64,000 nucleotides of DNA from Balanoglossus misakiensis (taxonomy: Eukaryota; Animalia; Hemichordata). The stretch is taken from positions 10,911,099 through 10,975,098 of the forward strand of contig CM082581.2 of the NCBI GenBank assembly GCA_040954595.2. The letters are read 5' to 3'. The notes under the pieces were generated by a model that was given only the letters and a program-made list of their open reading frames with translations, was not told where the DNA came from and did no database searches. A program made the position numbers and the translations under genes. Shown here one piece after another: positions 26,201-39,577 of the stretch. The stretch's first letter is position 1; each line of letters begins with the position of its first letter.

Positions 26201-28022
26201 TAGAAGACTGAAGTGAACCCAATTATACACCTAGTATTCATTTACGTAAAAAGACACCGTAATGACCTCAAGTCAATTTTACGAGTGAATGAATGAATGC
26301 TCCCCAGACAATCACTATATCAGCTACCAGACAAACAGTTAACCATATTATGGTCTACAAATAAAGGATGACCTTCCCTGTAGTGAATAACATGACAGCG
26401 ATAGGATGTTTGAGTAAGGTTAGTCATATCACTTCTAGTAGTGTGTCATTACCAGTGTTGTCAGTATGTGGGCGCCAGTTGCGGTTAGTGCGGAATTACA
26501 AAAAATGGCCATGAATATGAGAATTATTGAAACAGACGTGAATATGCGAAATTATGAAAGTGATCATGAATATGAGAAGTTGACCAGACAGAAATAATGA
26601 TCAGGTATCTTGGTGGTTACATGATCCACTTTCTGAATTGCCTAAAACTCGCGGTGTTTTCAGAGTTTCGGTATCTACCGTTAATAATCATGGGATACAA
26701 CTTCCATGACCTTTCACCCTAGGACGTGATACCATGTGACAAACCAACAGTTACATTTTAACTGAACGCTGTGACCTGAAATGCAGGTTATCAATAACCG
26801 CATTCCAGACTGGTGTGTACATCATGCAGTACGCACTGGCACTGCTGGTATTTTTCTCCAGCTGGGTTAGGGAAGTCAGCCATATAAATAAAAGAGAGTG
26901 TCTGGACTTGTTCATAATTTGCCAGACACAGAATGGAAACTTCGGTGGGATTTATACTTCTAATCACACAACCAGCAAAACTGCTATTGAATATACCACA
27001 AACTGATGCTACCGTTTAATAAAGTTCTGACTTCATGAGAAATCACTTGAGAAAAACTCTGCATGGGGTTCGACAACCTGGGACTGTCCCTTATCCATTT
27101 CAAGATTTCGAGTAAGAGCATTATTTGTTTACGAGTAGCATTTCAGCGCTTGTGCTATATATATATGCTCAAGTCAAGGAGTTGACCCGGGCTCTTAAAG
27201 ACAGTTACACTGTTGGCCATATAATAGTAATTATGATCACGCACATGCCAAGCTGCCTTTTTACGCATTCTGACATAAGAGAGAATATGGGACATTATCT
27301 AGCGTCTGCATCTGAAATCTGTTGACATAGTACAAGCCCCTCGATTTTCTCCATACACCATTTATATCAAAATTTCTTTTCGTAATTGTAAGTGACAAAT
27401 GAATAAAGACAGGCACTGACTCCCTGACTCTCGACACTGCCACTGGGTGATACCCAAATTTGCTTGGCTGACTGAGTTTCTACAAAGAAATATTCAGAGA
27501 CAGCACAAATGCACTCAGCAGGGCATGACATCACTTATCAAAGAAGCAATTGTACTATTGACCCGTTGTCTTTTTTAAAAAAAAATCAGGAAAACCACAT
27601 CGTTGCCATTTACAGTCGTAAACTGTTCATGGAGTCTGACACTACGCATAATGGGACCGACGCGACATCATGGATAATATTACACGAACATGTGTACTAC
27701 ACACTGACTAACAATGAATATTGGCAGGATCCATTGTATACTATAATTATTATCACTACTACTTTCATGTGACATGCACGGCTAGATTTAATTAATGCAG
27801 GCTGTGTTAGCACGGTATAACCACAAGTTAACCCATCCCCATCCCAAGGGTCAACTTAACCTCTGGATGAGTGGACAACCTGAAGCTATTTACAGTACAT
27901 GTACATACCTGGGTGACTAGTGGTTCCAACGTCTTCTCCACCGAGTAGGTCCTTATTTCTAAATCCTTTGGATCCCATTTTAACGTGATGGATCCGGACA
28001 GGCCAGATTCGATACTTGACAT
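20241..28022 (-). CDS. CTNNA: Alpha-catenin (vinculin family), 18 coding exons, 919 aa
   Basis: Exons 27909-28022, 25845-26034, 25540-25706, 25280-25399, 24874-24963, 24323-24499, 24023-24226, 23844-23924, 23341-23586, 23053-23209, 22685-22885, 22394-22545, 22163-22226, 21934-22013, 21641-21822, 21295-21535, 20920-21051, 20241-20402 all GT-AG and in frame; motifs KWDPKDLEIRTYSVEKTLEPLVTQV, LRKAVVDHVSDSFLETNVPLLVLIEAA, MMEMTDFTRGRGPLK, WKMKAPEKKPLVKRE. Confidence 0.97.
20735..20774. repeat. Perfect 18-bp inverted repeat with 4-nt loop in the last alpha-catenin intron
   Basis: gccattcaaggttatact-gtat-agtataaccttgaatggc. Confidence 0.9.
22346..22359 (-). promoter_or_regulatory. CTCF-type motif
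   Basis: Minus strand reads CCACTAGGGGGCGC, matching the CTCF core consensus; lies in an alpha-catenin intron. Confidence 0.6.
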
Positions 28023-28970
28023 ATTGGTGATTTGAGCTCAATAATCTGCTCTCCTGGAAAATTAAATTAATTTAACTATTACAGAAAATATTTCAGGCCC
28101 TGATAACAATTATTTTAGAGAGGTTCAGAATGAATGATCACGGAAGTGTCACAATCATGACATAAATTCAGAGTATGATGATTTCACAGGTAAGACATTT
28201 CTTTATTGTTTATGCAGTTTTTAATGATTAACAGTGAGTGTCAATATGTGCCAGAATGATTATTCACAATTTATTATAATATTTGATAGAATTTATTCAG
28301 GATTTTTTAAAACACACTATAACACTCACTGTCCAGGTATAATTTCATTACAGTACACACCCCGATTTACGTCCAGCCCGCAGTTTTGATTTGTTGACCA
28401 ACAATGCAATAGACACGACAACGTAACTCACATATGATGAACTTGACATTTACAAAACAATTACCATAGACAGGTTAACCAACTCCGTTGACCTTGTCAA
28501 CGGCTTTTTGACAGAGGTCACAAACATATACAACTATATCGTTCGGGATCTGCTTGGAATATACCAGATTGTCTCCATCATCAATAAAACGTCATCATTC
28601 AAATTAAAAGTTTACGTATTATTATACGCCCGGCTTTTCAATGTCCGCCATTGCCATTATGGCTTCCTTCCTGTAAATCCGGCCACGAAGCCCACGATCA
28701 CTAATGGATCGACATTGATTACTAGTACATTGCACCACGACTCAGTTGACCAGTCGTGCCAACCAAGTAATTCAACAGTCTCACATATAACAAAAGAAAC
28801 ATTCGATCATCCCAGTCCTGTCTGGCAAAACTCGTTTCAAACTTTTTTGAATGCTCCCCACAACAGTCGCGTCTGATCAGCTACGGCAGCTCGGGTTACA
28901 ATGACCGTGCACTTCGATGTATAAAATGTCATGCAGAGTAGTGTAGTAAAATCTGAACACGGTTACATAC

Positions 28971-29540
28971 CTCGGAAATCGGATAATCAGAGAAAACAGG
29001 CCGCGATTTCAAGTTTCCGAGGATTCGATGCGCCTAGATCCAAACTTTGCGACACAAGATTGTGTACTTCTGAATGTGTACAGTGTGTCGGGTCAGCCCT
29101 TCCGCTTGGCTGTTCCAATTAACCCCCTTCTTCGTAGCTACTGTATGCCAGAACTCTGACTTTCATCGGGGTGTATTGTCACGTGTTTCTCTTTTTCTTA
29201 GATTTAATATAAAAAATAATGATTACCAGAAAAAATTTCTAGCACGATGCGATATTGTGGACGAAAATAGACCCGATACTGTCTGAAGTTGTAGTGGCGG
29301 GAGGTCAGTTAATAAACGGAAGATCTGAATGGTTTACATACTTGACTCTTACCGTTACCACGTGACTACAGGTGCGGCTAACGAACCAATCAGAGTTTCT
29401 GAAAGTGACGTAAGGCAATCAGCCTGAAAGGTACATGTACTAGTAGTCTCGACAAGGGTGGGACGTTCGAAACAGGTACGTCCCAAATGCCGAGGAAGTT
29501 GACTCATTGTCGGTGTTATTGTCCCCTTATTTGGCACGAG
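28971..29540 (-). promoter_or_regulatory. Putative alpha-catenin non-coding first exon and proximal promoter
   Basis: Minus-strand donor GAG|gtatgt at 28971/28970 pairing with acceptor at 28054; CpG-rich stretch with CACGTGAC, CCAATCAG and TGACGTAA motifs at about 29358-29412. Confidence 0.5.
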
Positions 29541-30383
29541 AAACGTATGGTTGTTTGAAAAACAAAATCCAGGAGTACCAACATTATGAAATGTATTTCA
29601 ACATCTTTCTTTATGTATTTCCCATTTTGCGAAGTGTTTCAGTCACTTGTTTATTGCTGCAGAGCTCACTGTGCTAAAAAAAAACCTCGGTGCATTTTGT
29701 GTGCAAGCAACGTTTTTTATTCAACTCAGTACTGTTAATATAATGATTGTACACAGCCAAATCAGGCATGTAATGATTTCCTCTAACAACTAGTACAAGT
29801 GTAGCGTGCTGAGAAATAAATGCCTATATAACAAACAAGGAAGTGCTACCAGTATCTCTTGATATGATATAAGTTTACACAAAATAATGAACAAATATAT
29901 TCCAGAGCATGATTGCTGTTTTAAATTGCACTGATTGTAAAAGTAAGTCTGTTTTTTTCCAGGGATTGAAATATTTTCTGCTTCCCAGTTTAGAATTCCT
30001 AAACAGGTAATGTTTTTAAGAGCCTTACATACTCTTCTTGAAAAAGAACATGTATTTTTTTGCATCAAAATCATCCTTTTTTCACATCAATGCTTTCAGC
30101 ATAAGGAAGATGTACTCTAAAAATTAAAGAATTTTAATGATAAATCTGACAAGCCTTTGACAATTGCTAACAAAATATGGTACATAAGTACTTTGAAAGC
30201 TGGTACATCAAGTTTCATTTGCTTGAAGAGAGCCTTCTCAATAAGTGGCCATCGCACGAACTTGACTTTCTACAGAAGAAGGAATGTAGATAAGCGCTTA
30301 TAGCTGGCAAAAACAATCCCAGAGAAAGCGACTGAAATTTTCAGAGCCGGATCGTGGATGGAACCATGTGGCTCTATGCAGTC

Positions 30384-31568
30384 CTACAAGTCGCTAAGTT
30401 GGAACAGCTGCACACCGAGGGTTTCAAGCCTGTCCCGGTACTCCAGCTTGACGTGGTTGCCTTCGGGGACACCGTTGAAGCCATGCAGGACTCCCCACCA
30501 AGCAGCTGCGATCACTCCAGTGGAATCGCTGTCACCGGCATGGAACATGGAGTGGCTACACAGCTTCTCCCAGTCCGAGCCGCACGCTAGTAAGGAATCA
30601 TATCTGTGAAAATAACAAGATAATAGGTTGTTTCATGAAAAATTGGCCTTGGAAAAGATGTGAGTGATTGTAGGACTGTGTTTATATTGCTAACAAATAT
30701 GAGTTTTTTGTGTAACACGAAGCTGTTCTCACGCAATCATTGGAGCATCGTGGCCACTTCTTCCAGCCCATCCATCTAAGCTTAGTGTCTTATAAAACAC
30801 ATCTCTTTCCTCCACTCCATACTCCTTGGGGAACTTTGGCTGACTGGCGCCATCAGCTATACCACGTGTTTCCAGGTACTTCTTCCAACTGTCACCAAAA
30901 TACGACCAGGCTTCCTCGTTCTCTTTCGCGAACTTCCCAGTGGAAATGACATATTCCAACGCCTTTGGGAGCACAGAGAGCAAGCCAACGCCCCACTCTT
31001 GCAGAGGCTTGCCCTGTGCTGCGTACGCGGTCAGAAGGGCGGATGCCAGGCTGCCTAGGTAACCAGTGGGGTGATGATGGGTCATGCGGCCACTCTCCAC
31101 CGAAACAGCAATCAGGTCGTTAAGCTGGCTGGGTTTCGGATAGCGCAAGCCAATGCACATAGATCGCATTGCAGCACCACAGCCAGTAGCCTTGGGGTTA
31201 AAGGGGATGCTGAACCCATCAGGTGACCCTGGCTTGAGCTGAGATGTCCCGAGCATACTGGTGGGACCTGGTTTCCTTCCCTCCATATCGTTCATACATT
31301 CTACCAATTTGGCAGCGAGCTCCTGAAACAGCTCCACGCCCGATTTACCGGTGGCAAGTGCCTCACCCGTGGCGATGTGCATGACAGTGTCGTCACTTAT
31401 CGGCCACCCGGGCAGTTCTACCACGATGTTACCGACGCCCCCGAGCTCAGCAAGTTCCTTGTGAATCTGCGGGCCAGATTCACAGTACTCCCACTCCTGA
31501 TTTTTGTAGCCGAGTGCATCACCTGCACCGCTCAACACCATGGACGCCTTGAACCCGTCAACAGACAT
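30384..31568 (-). CDS. ADPRH: ADP-ribosylarginine hydrolase (ARH1), 2 coding exons, 351 aa
   Basis: Exons 30733-31568 and 30384-30603; GDALGY, catalytic SDDT, GCGAAMR, RMTHHHPTGYLG, GHDAPMIAYD, HAGDSDSTG. Confidence 0.93.
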
Positions 31569-31916
31569 GTTGTTCCAGCTTTAACTGCAAAAGGCTTGAA
31601 ACAAAATGTTGTTCGTTTATGTTTTTAACTCGAACAAGGTTCACCCACCGACCACGTATTGATTGTGCACACTTAGGTATTCCAATGACACAGGTCACGA
31701 ATTAATGAACTGAAGAGGGCGCACTTTGGCTTACCAAGGAACGCAGAAACTTACGTGAAATAAATTTTAAATATCCCTATAAACCGGTTTAATTATCTCC
31801 TTCCAACTCATTTCTGCAAATATCCTGTACATCATCAAGCCTTTGTCAAAAGTAAATAAACGGCACAATACAGTCTTCTATTTTGTATCCCCTTTTATTT
31901 CATGAAACTGGCAAAT

Positions 31917-33019
31917 TCATTCAAGAAAACTGTCTGTTTCTCCATCAAATTGCAGTAACTCTGGGTCAAGATTCCAGGTTTTTATCAGTTCTTGCAACTT
32001 TGGTTTGTTATCCATGGGTAACTTGTCCTGTAGTTCCAACAGCATGTCCCGACTGGCTTGTCTCCATTTATTTATAAGATGTTGTAAATTCTCCAAGTCA
32101 TTCTGTAAAAAAAGTGACAAAAACTTTGTGTAATGTAAAGATTCTAAACTGAACTATACAATGTTTTACTATCCATCAGTTGACCATAACCAAAGACGTC
32201 AGCATCGAATCAGAAACTATACAGATGAAACACTCAATCTGTCCGTTGATGAACACATTCCAGGAAGACAACAGTTGGCATGCACACACCTTATTTCTAT
32301 ACATCTTAACCATTTTCAGTTTTCTTAATGTTTCTTTTCTCTCTATAACCTTTTCTTGGAGTTGATTTCTGGTTGCAATTAGGCTTTCTGAACTGTCTTG
32401 GCATCTTTCATCCACGTTATCAGTGAATTTGTCTGAGTAGTCCCTGGTGTCCACTTGATCCTTCAAGTCCACACTCAATCGAGTCAATGGACTTCCTTTT
32501 GGTCCAGACCCACTTTCAGACGAATTACTTTCCACATTTTGACTTTCAGTTGGACTGTCCTTGGATACTCCACTAACAATGGCTGACTCAGTCCTGGGTT
32601 TTGCCGAAAGAGTCTGTAGTTTTTCAGCACCAGTGTCTTTTGAGCAAGGTGGATGTAGTCTTGATAAAGATGGACTGTGGTTTGGTGAATAGAAGGAGCG
32701 TCTCGATCTCTTCAATCTCTCCCTCAGAGATGAACTCATCTGAACACAGTGACACAAAACAGTGTATAAAACAGTCCATCTATAACCAAACATTCACTAC
32801 ACTAAAGGTTACAGGAATCCTTAAAATGTTTTCCATCTATCTGCATGCCAGGCCCCCTCCATCTCCCTCATACATCACATGTGAAATGCAATGCATACGA
32901 ACTAGACTGGTGAAGGACCACGTAACAATATTGCACTTTATGAATGTAACCCAAAATATGATAATAGAGACAACCACCTTAGAGCCACCTGTCGATGGTT
33001 GGGGGCTTGGTGATGACAT
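31917..33019 (-). CDS. SFR1: Swi5-dependent recombination DNA repair protein 1 (SFR1/Mei5), about 225 aa
   Basis: Exons 32978-33019 (probable), 32290-32739, 31917-32102; MSSSLRERLKR, low-complexity S-rich middle, LRKLKMVKMYRNK|NDLENLQHLINKWRQASRDMLLELQ. Confidence 0.88.
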
Positions 33020-33459
33020 TTCGGCAGGCCTGTCGCCCGATTGATTAAACTTTCAGGAACTTCAGTTGAAGTTGAAATGGGGTCGGGGGTCAACGACTTG
33101 ATGACCTCTCTAGCTCCCTAACTACATGATAATTTTTTTCTCAGCCAACGAACTAAAAAGTGATCAATTAAAACGCACAATTCTTGTGATGAAGTAAATT
33201 CCGAAGATTTACTTAACGCCTCTTTCACGTATACAGGCCTTTTTAATATTAGTTTATATTTTTTCCAGAAATGCACTGTTCTCAGGAGGTTAGCCTTTCT
33301 TTATTAGCCTAAGGGCTCTTTCCTAAACCGGAAGGTATGGTTTATGCGCACGCATATTCAACGGAAAGCGCCATTTTTGATTTTCAAAACACTTCATTGT
33401 TTTTGTCAAGTTGTCACAGCGTACGAAGCTGAAATCGACTGTTTTGGGGATAAATTAAG
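33020..33459. promoter_or_regulatory. Bidirectional promoter between SFR1 and NCAPH
   Basis: Head-to-head genes; ACCGGAAG (ETS, 33327), TGCGCACGCA (NRF1-like, 33345), CGCCATTTTT (YY1-like, 33369), TTCAAA (CHR-like, 33383); NCAPH 5'UTR donor AAG|gtaatt at 33459. Confidence 0.65.
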
Positions 33460-33614
33460 GTAATTTGTTAGTGTTCTGTATTATTTAAGCACCTTTGTGA
33501 GGACCTTTATGACCTGAACTGGCAAGATCCCTCACACACAAGTACACATGCAGAAAAGATTTGTGACAGTGACCATGTACTTTTCCCCACACTGTTAACA
33601 TGTTCAACAGGAAA

Positions 33615-36600
33615 ATGCCAAGTGTTAGTGATGAACTGTTCTCACCGGTGCCGAACGGTACCCCAAGTAGTCGCCTGCCATCTACACCATCATGTGAATT
33701 CATCTCGCCTTCAACACGTCGCACGCACAGTAGGCTGAGTTATCAATCTCCTCTGCTGAATAATGTTCCAGTCAATGATGATGATAAGGAGAGGAGGCAA
33801 AGGAGACAATCAAAAGTTCTTGAAATGCAAAGGGGTTTGCAAAGTCCTGTTGTGACTCCAGGCGACAGGTATGTTTATTCCTTTTCCTCCTCATTTCTGA
33901 ACGTTATTCTCAACTGCTATTAACTTTCTCTACAGCAGCAACTACATGTACTGTACTTGTACACACCAACTGATGTAATGTCTCCATGTTGTTGTTTTTC
34001 CCAACAGGCGGCGGTTATCTATTGGAACTGGTAGTTTCACTAACACACAAGTTATTGAACACTATGCAAATTGTATCAAATTATCGGCAGAAAATGTAAG
34101 TCTTATGTAAGGAATATATCCAATTCAGTAAGCTAATTGTTGAAACTTTGTCACATCTTCAGTTGTTTGGCACAAACATAACTTGCTTCATGTATTATTT
34201 CCTTCGACAGAAAATCAATGCCAAGAATGCCTTCAGTTTGAACTTGATCGATCACATGTCTGAATTGATCAAACAAAAAGAAAAGAGTGGAGGAATGACA
34301 AACTTCCAGGTAATACAAACAAACATCAAAACAATAACTGCACAGTATCTAGTAATTGTTACTGTATATTACATTAGCCTACATATACTTAAAAGGTAAA
34401 CTCATGACCTTTTTACTTGACTTTTTACATACAGGTTGCAAGCTGTACCCTGGATGCCAGTGCGAAAATTTATGCGGGCCGTGTGGACTCCATTTTTGCA
34501 GACACCTACAAGATGCTTGGTGGACTGGGCAGGGATAATGAAAAACCGTCTCAAGGTCAGCTATTGTTAAATTTCTCAGTTTTTGACTCATGAAGGTGAG
34601 CTTTAAGGATGATAATGTATGACAAGAAACTAATTTTTTTTTACTCATTAGATGCTAATGCTGATGGTGGAGACGATGATGAAAACACAACAAAGAAGAA
34701 GAAACATAAACGAGTAAGAATGAAGATATACCTTGATAAATTTCTTTTGAAGTTAAAGCTTTGTGACTTATAGATGCACACATGCACATTCTTTCACTTA
34801 GTTTCGTTCATGCCAGGTAGTAATTAACTATAATTGGTTAATCTTTTCCAAACAGACAACAAAGAAGAGCAAAATTGAATCTAATTTGAAAAATATCAAA
34901 CGAAAGCAACTTGAGATGGACTTTGAGGTAAGTAGAGTTTGATAATGTGTTTTGTCCAGAATGTATAGAAACACATTTGAAAATTTGAGATTATTTATTA
35001 ATTTAAGCAAATTTATCATCATTTATGCCCAGGTATACATGTATAACCACATTGTTTGTATCTCTACTCAGGTTGACCCACTGTTCAAGCAGACGTCGTC
35101 AGAGTTTGATGCAGGCGGTGTGTCGGGACTCCTTCTGGGCACTCTGGGTCTGAGAGATGATGGCTGCGAGGTGCTGCTGGACATGCAGACTGTCGCGGAT
35201 ATTTCATCCTTGCCGTGTCCCGGGGACGAAAACTGCAACCCGGTAGATCTGTCAGACTTTGCAGGTAATTTCTGGCATTTGGGTTTTCCCAGCATTAGCA
35301 TTCACAAGACATCACATACTTTCTGTTGCCATGCAGTTGAGATAAAGCTGAAGATGAGTACCTCTCTGCTTTCTTTAGTTTCATATTGGAAATACGTGTA
35401 GTAAACTGTTCTCTCCATGTGCTTTTATCTATAGGTTTGTACAGGTCTTTGAATTTAGAGAACACAAAGATTTGTCCAGAGTTTTCTGTTTTTGAGTTCT
35501 CCAACTGGGATGATTCTGAAGAGGTAAGGAACAAGAATAATAACTTGGTTTTTGCTATAAAACTAAGTCTAATTTTATTCTGAAGCCATCATGAGGACTA
35601 TGCTTCATGCATACAAAATAACATAGGTACTGACCTGAACCAACTTTCTCTTTCAGAACCCGATAAGTAGGCATTTGACCGACCCTTCCAAGAATGAACA
35701 CGCCTTTGACGTGAATGCGGTCCCGGAACCAATCGAGGAAATGCCGGCTGATGATGATGCCTTGCCGGACTTTGGTGGTGGTGGGGATTACAGTGATGAC
35801 GATGACGCAGGCAGTCTGGCCAGTGATGCGACGGATAGGACGGTTATGTTGGCAGACGGAAAGGAGGCAAGACCCATCCAGGACAAAGATGAGCTTGGAA
35901 AAGTCTATCAAAGGTATCAGCATTAATATTGCCTTGTAGAGTAAGCCAATTTGTAGTTGGTTGAATTTGATAAAGAAGATGTAAATAGACCCATCCAGTT
36001 TGAGTATGAGACCAACCAACTTGTCTATGAAATGGTCAAAGTTGCCATTTATTTATAACTTCATATCTACTGAAATGACCATTAATTTGTGTTCTAACTC
36101 TCAGGGTTATAACAGATGGTACGATGGGACAGCTGTGTTTACTGATAGCCCAGGAACAGACAGATTTCTCCTTCTTCAACCTGGACATGCTGAAAACGTG
36201 GGCTGGTCCCAAACACTGGAAAATGAAAGCCAAATCAAAAGGTAATGTTTTTGTCAGTTCAGTGAATTTTGTCATCCAGCTTTATAAAAGGGGGTAGCAA
36301 TTTATAAGCCCTGTCTAATCGTACTGATCAAGGAGAGAAATTGTCAATACTTCAGGATATAATTTAGAGTCTGCAACTGCAACTACTAATTTTACCTTTG
36401 TTTGCCATCTAGAACTTGCAAATAAAAATGATGCAAAGAAGACTAAAAAACCAGCGTTTGCATTGAGCTACGATAAGGAAGAAAACTTCGACAAATTCTT
36501 CAAAGTTACAAAGGTATGTAGAGCACTCATTGTTCAAGTTTGGTTTCCTGTGTAAGTTAGTGCAAGACCGCTCAACACCTGCAGTTGTCTTCTTCTGGCT

Positions 36601-38246
36601 TCTTGTTTCCACGATGCTGAGAAAGGGTGACCTCTTATGGTAATCATGGCTGCATTCTTCTTTTCTTTCCTATTTTGCAGGCATCCACAACACTTACCAA
36701 GTCCACTGTGGAGAAATGGAATGAGGGCAGCACTACGTTGCCGCAAGATTTAGACTACAATCCTGATAAGTTGTTTAGTTTGTTTATCAAGACAAATGTC
36801 ATGGTAAGCCAAAATTGAATACCACTCTGACTGATTAATTTTTAACAATTGGAAGCTACCAGGTTGGATTTTTGTAATTCACTTGGACACATAGATATGC
36901 ATGTACATTTGAAAACGATACTAAGTTATTTGTTGCGATTAATGGATATTGTTGCTTCTCTCTTTGTGAACGTAAACAGCTGAAGAGACAAGTCCAGTCC
37001 AACAGTGAAGGTCTTGATGATGGCATCGATAATTACAATTACGAAAATGAGAATGACTGCAATAATTTCTGTCCTGGGGTTCAGGTGAGTCAGCAGGTTT
37101 TTAGCTTACACTTACTGGGTTACATTGGATATGGTCGACGTCGTTCCTAGTGAAAAGAACAGGCATGGACGTAGGTCAAAAAATGTATACTCATCTGTGG
37201 TTCATGAATGGAAGATGCTCCATGTAGAATACTACAGTACTGTCAAGTCAAATTCACTGATGCAAAATGAATATTCTAACTTTCAGGGAGATGATGACGA
37301 CGACGACAATGACATGTCAGCCGGTGGTATGGATTTCACTGCTGGTGACAGTGAATTCAGTCAGACGGCCGCATCACAGAACCCTTTTGGAGACAGTCTA
37401 CTTGAAAACACCCAGATTCTTGGTGATAATTTAGTTGCACAGCCTAACAAGGTAGGTGGGAGAATTATCTGTGGGGAGGTTACAGGTATGCCATCTCCTC
37501 TAATTTACATACGCCTGGTCAAAAGTGTGGGTCTGATTATTCTAATGAGCCATGTGGTGAGAGCATAGGGAAATAAATTTGTTTTTAAATATGGATGGAT
37601 GGTTGGATATATGGATGGACTAAAGCCAGACCAGACTTCTATTCATTGTACTTGTTGTCCTTGTAGGTAGCCAAGATAGACATCCAGTATGCAAAAACAG
37701 CCAAGAAAATGGATGTGAAGAGGCTGAAGTCCAGTATGTGGAATCTACTGACCACAAGTCAAGTCACAGAGAAGGTAAGATCAAGTCACCTGAAAAGGCC
37801 AGCCTTCATGTAAAATGTCTCAAGCCAAAATCTCCTCTCATAAATTGTATTTTATTGTATTCTTATTTAATTTTTCAGGAGAACGCTGAAGTTAATGACC
37901 AGGCCGAGAATAGCAAAGTGGCCGGCACCCAGTCTTTCAAACAAATGTATGGTGTACTTCCGACAAAGATCTCGTCCAACATGGCCAAAAACTTATCGAT
38001 ATCCATGTGTTTCGTCTGCCTGCTTCACCTTGCCAATGAAAAGGTGAGTCCTCCCTTTTTTCATAGCTAGTATACGCACTGTGCCCACGTGTAAAAGTTA
38101 CCCCTTTGTTTTCTTCCTGTTTACAACAATGTGATGTTCTATATCAGCCTCCTCTTTATAATATTTCACTTTCTTTCAAATCACAGAACCTGAAGATTGA
38201 CGGAGTGGAAACATTTGGGGATCTCCTTATATCTCAAGATGGCTGA
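33615..38246 (+). CDS. NCAPH: Condensin I complex subunit 2 (kleisin, Barren/Cnd2), about 17 coding exons
   Basis: [101 protein letters not shown]; first coding exon 33615-33868, last 38187-38246. Confidence 0.95.
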
Positions 38247-39577
38247 TCTGATGTGCCACTTCATGTATCTCTGATGAGAGCTTTTATATTGTCGTGTAAA
38301 TTGTATTTTATTCTATTCTTAAAATGAAAAGGTCATACACAGATGTAAAAACTTATAACTCCACAATGACTTCAGAAGAGAAAGTTTCACCTCAGCTGAT
38401 GTATTGGCTGAAAATTGTGCCTTTGACAAACTTAGTAGATTGTTGACTATGACGACAGCTGTTGCCCATTTTGCAGTATCATCGGCCGTTGATGTGATCC
38501 TGGTAAACCATGGTCACCTGTGTGGATAGTGGAAATCTGACCAATCAGAGACATTCGCTTTGGGTCCACCTGGAAGAATACTGCAACACCTTATTGACAC
38601 GAGAACACCCATAGAAATATGACCATATGTAAATTAACAATATTAGGAGAAATCTGAACTTCATGCAGTTGATGTAACAGAATCTTGGACCTCTGATATC
38701 TTGGGCTATTTGCACGAACAAGCCATTTCAATGATTTTTTTATCTTTCTGGCCCATTTTAACTTTTATTTTTCATTGTCTGTCTCCTTGAATACCAAAAT
38801 ACGATGGTGCAGTAGACGATAGAGATTTTGTAATCATGATCTGATACTTTGAATGAAATATTTTGACGGTTATTATGAACTTTTGTAACAAGCGATGGTG
38901 TTGCCTGGTTCCACTGCCAATGTGTAAACTTAGCATTTCTCAATATTTTAGATCAAAGTTAATAGTGTGACCAGTTTTTTTTTAAATCTTTATGTTCCAG
39001 TTTTATTTTCTTACATGTACATACTGTACTTCCATAGTGTGCTTGAATTGTGGAATAAAATCTGACAAGGAAACGTTCATCACAAGACTGACACAGTAAA
39101 TCACCACAAATCTTACCAACTACATATTAAGAATTCTCAATTTTGGTAGATATGGTTTGACCTATGTCAAAAAAAAATTGAAGTGGTAAATTCACTGAGA
39201 GTGCTCTCATTAAATTTTATAAACTCTAATCTGCAGCATCTAATTGGAATGTCATGATGCCTGGATGGGTGGTCTTATACTGTGTATTATCTTTGTGTGT
39301 CTGTGATGAATAGCATCCTACAAGCGTAAATGTTTGGTAGTGTTTTTTTTCCAATGAATATTGGAGCCCTCATACATGGAACATGCAGAAGAGACATGGA
39401 GTTTTGTCGATTCCACTCAAGGAAACTGACTTGATGCCCACTGGATGGCGTACATCTTTCCTTTCCGCACCCAAGTAAGTGTATAAATTATCTAGTAGCT
39501 ATGTCAACGAGTTCCATAATCGGGTGTCCTATTTCGGGTATGTTCGGGAGACACTCGGGTGTATGCTAATTTTCAAC

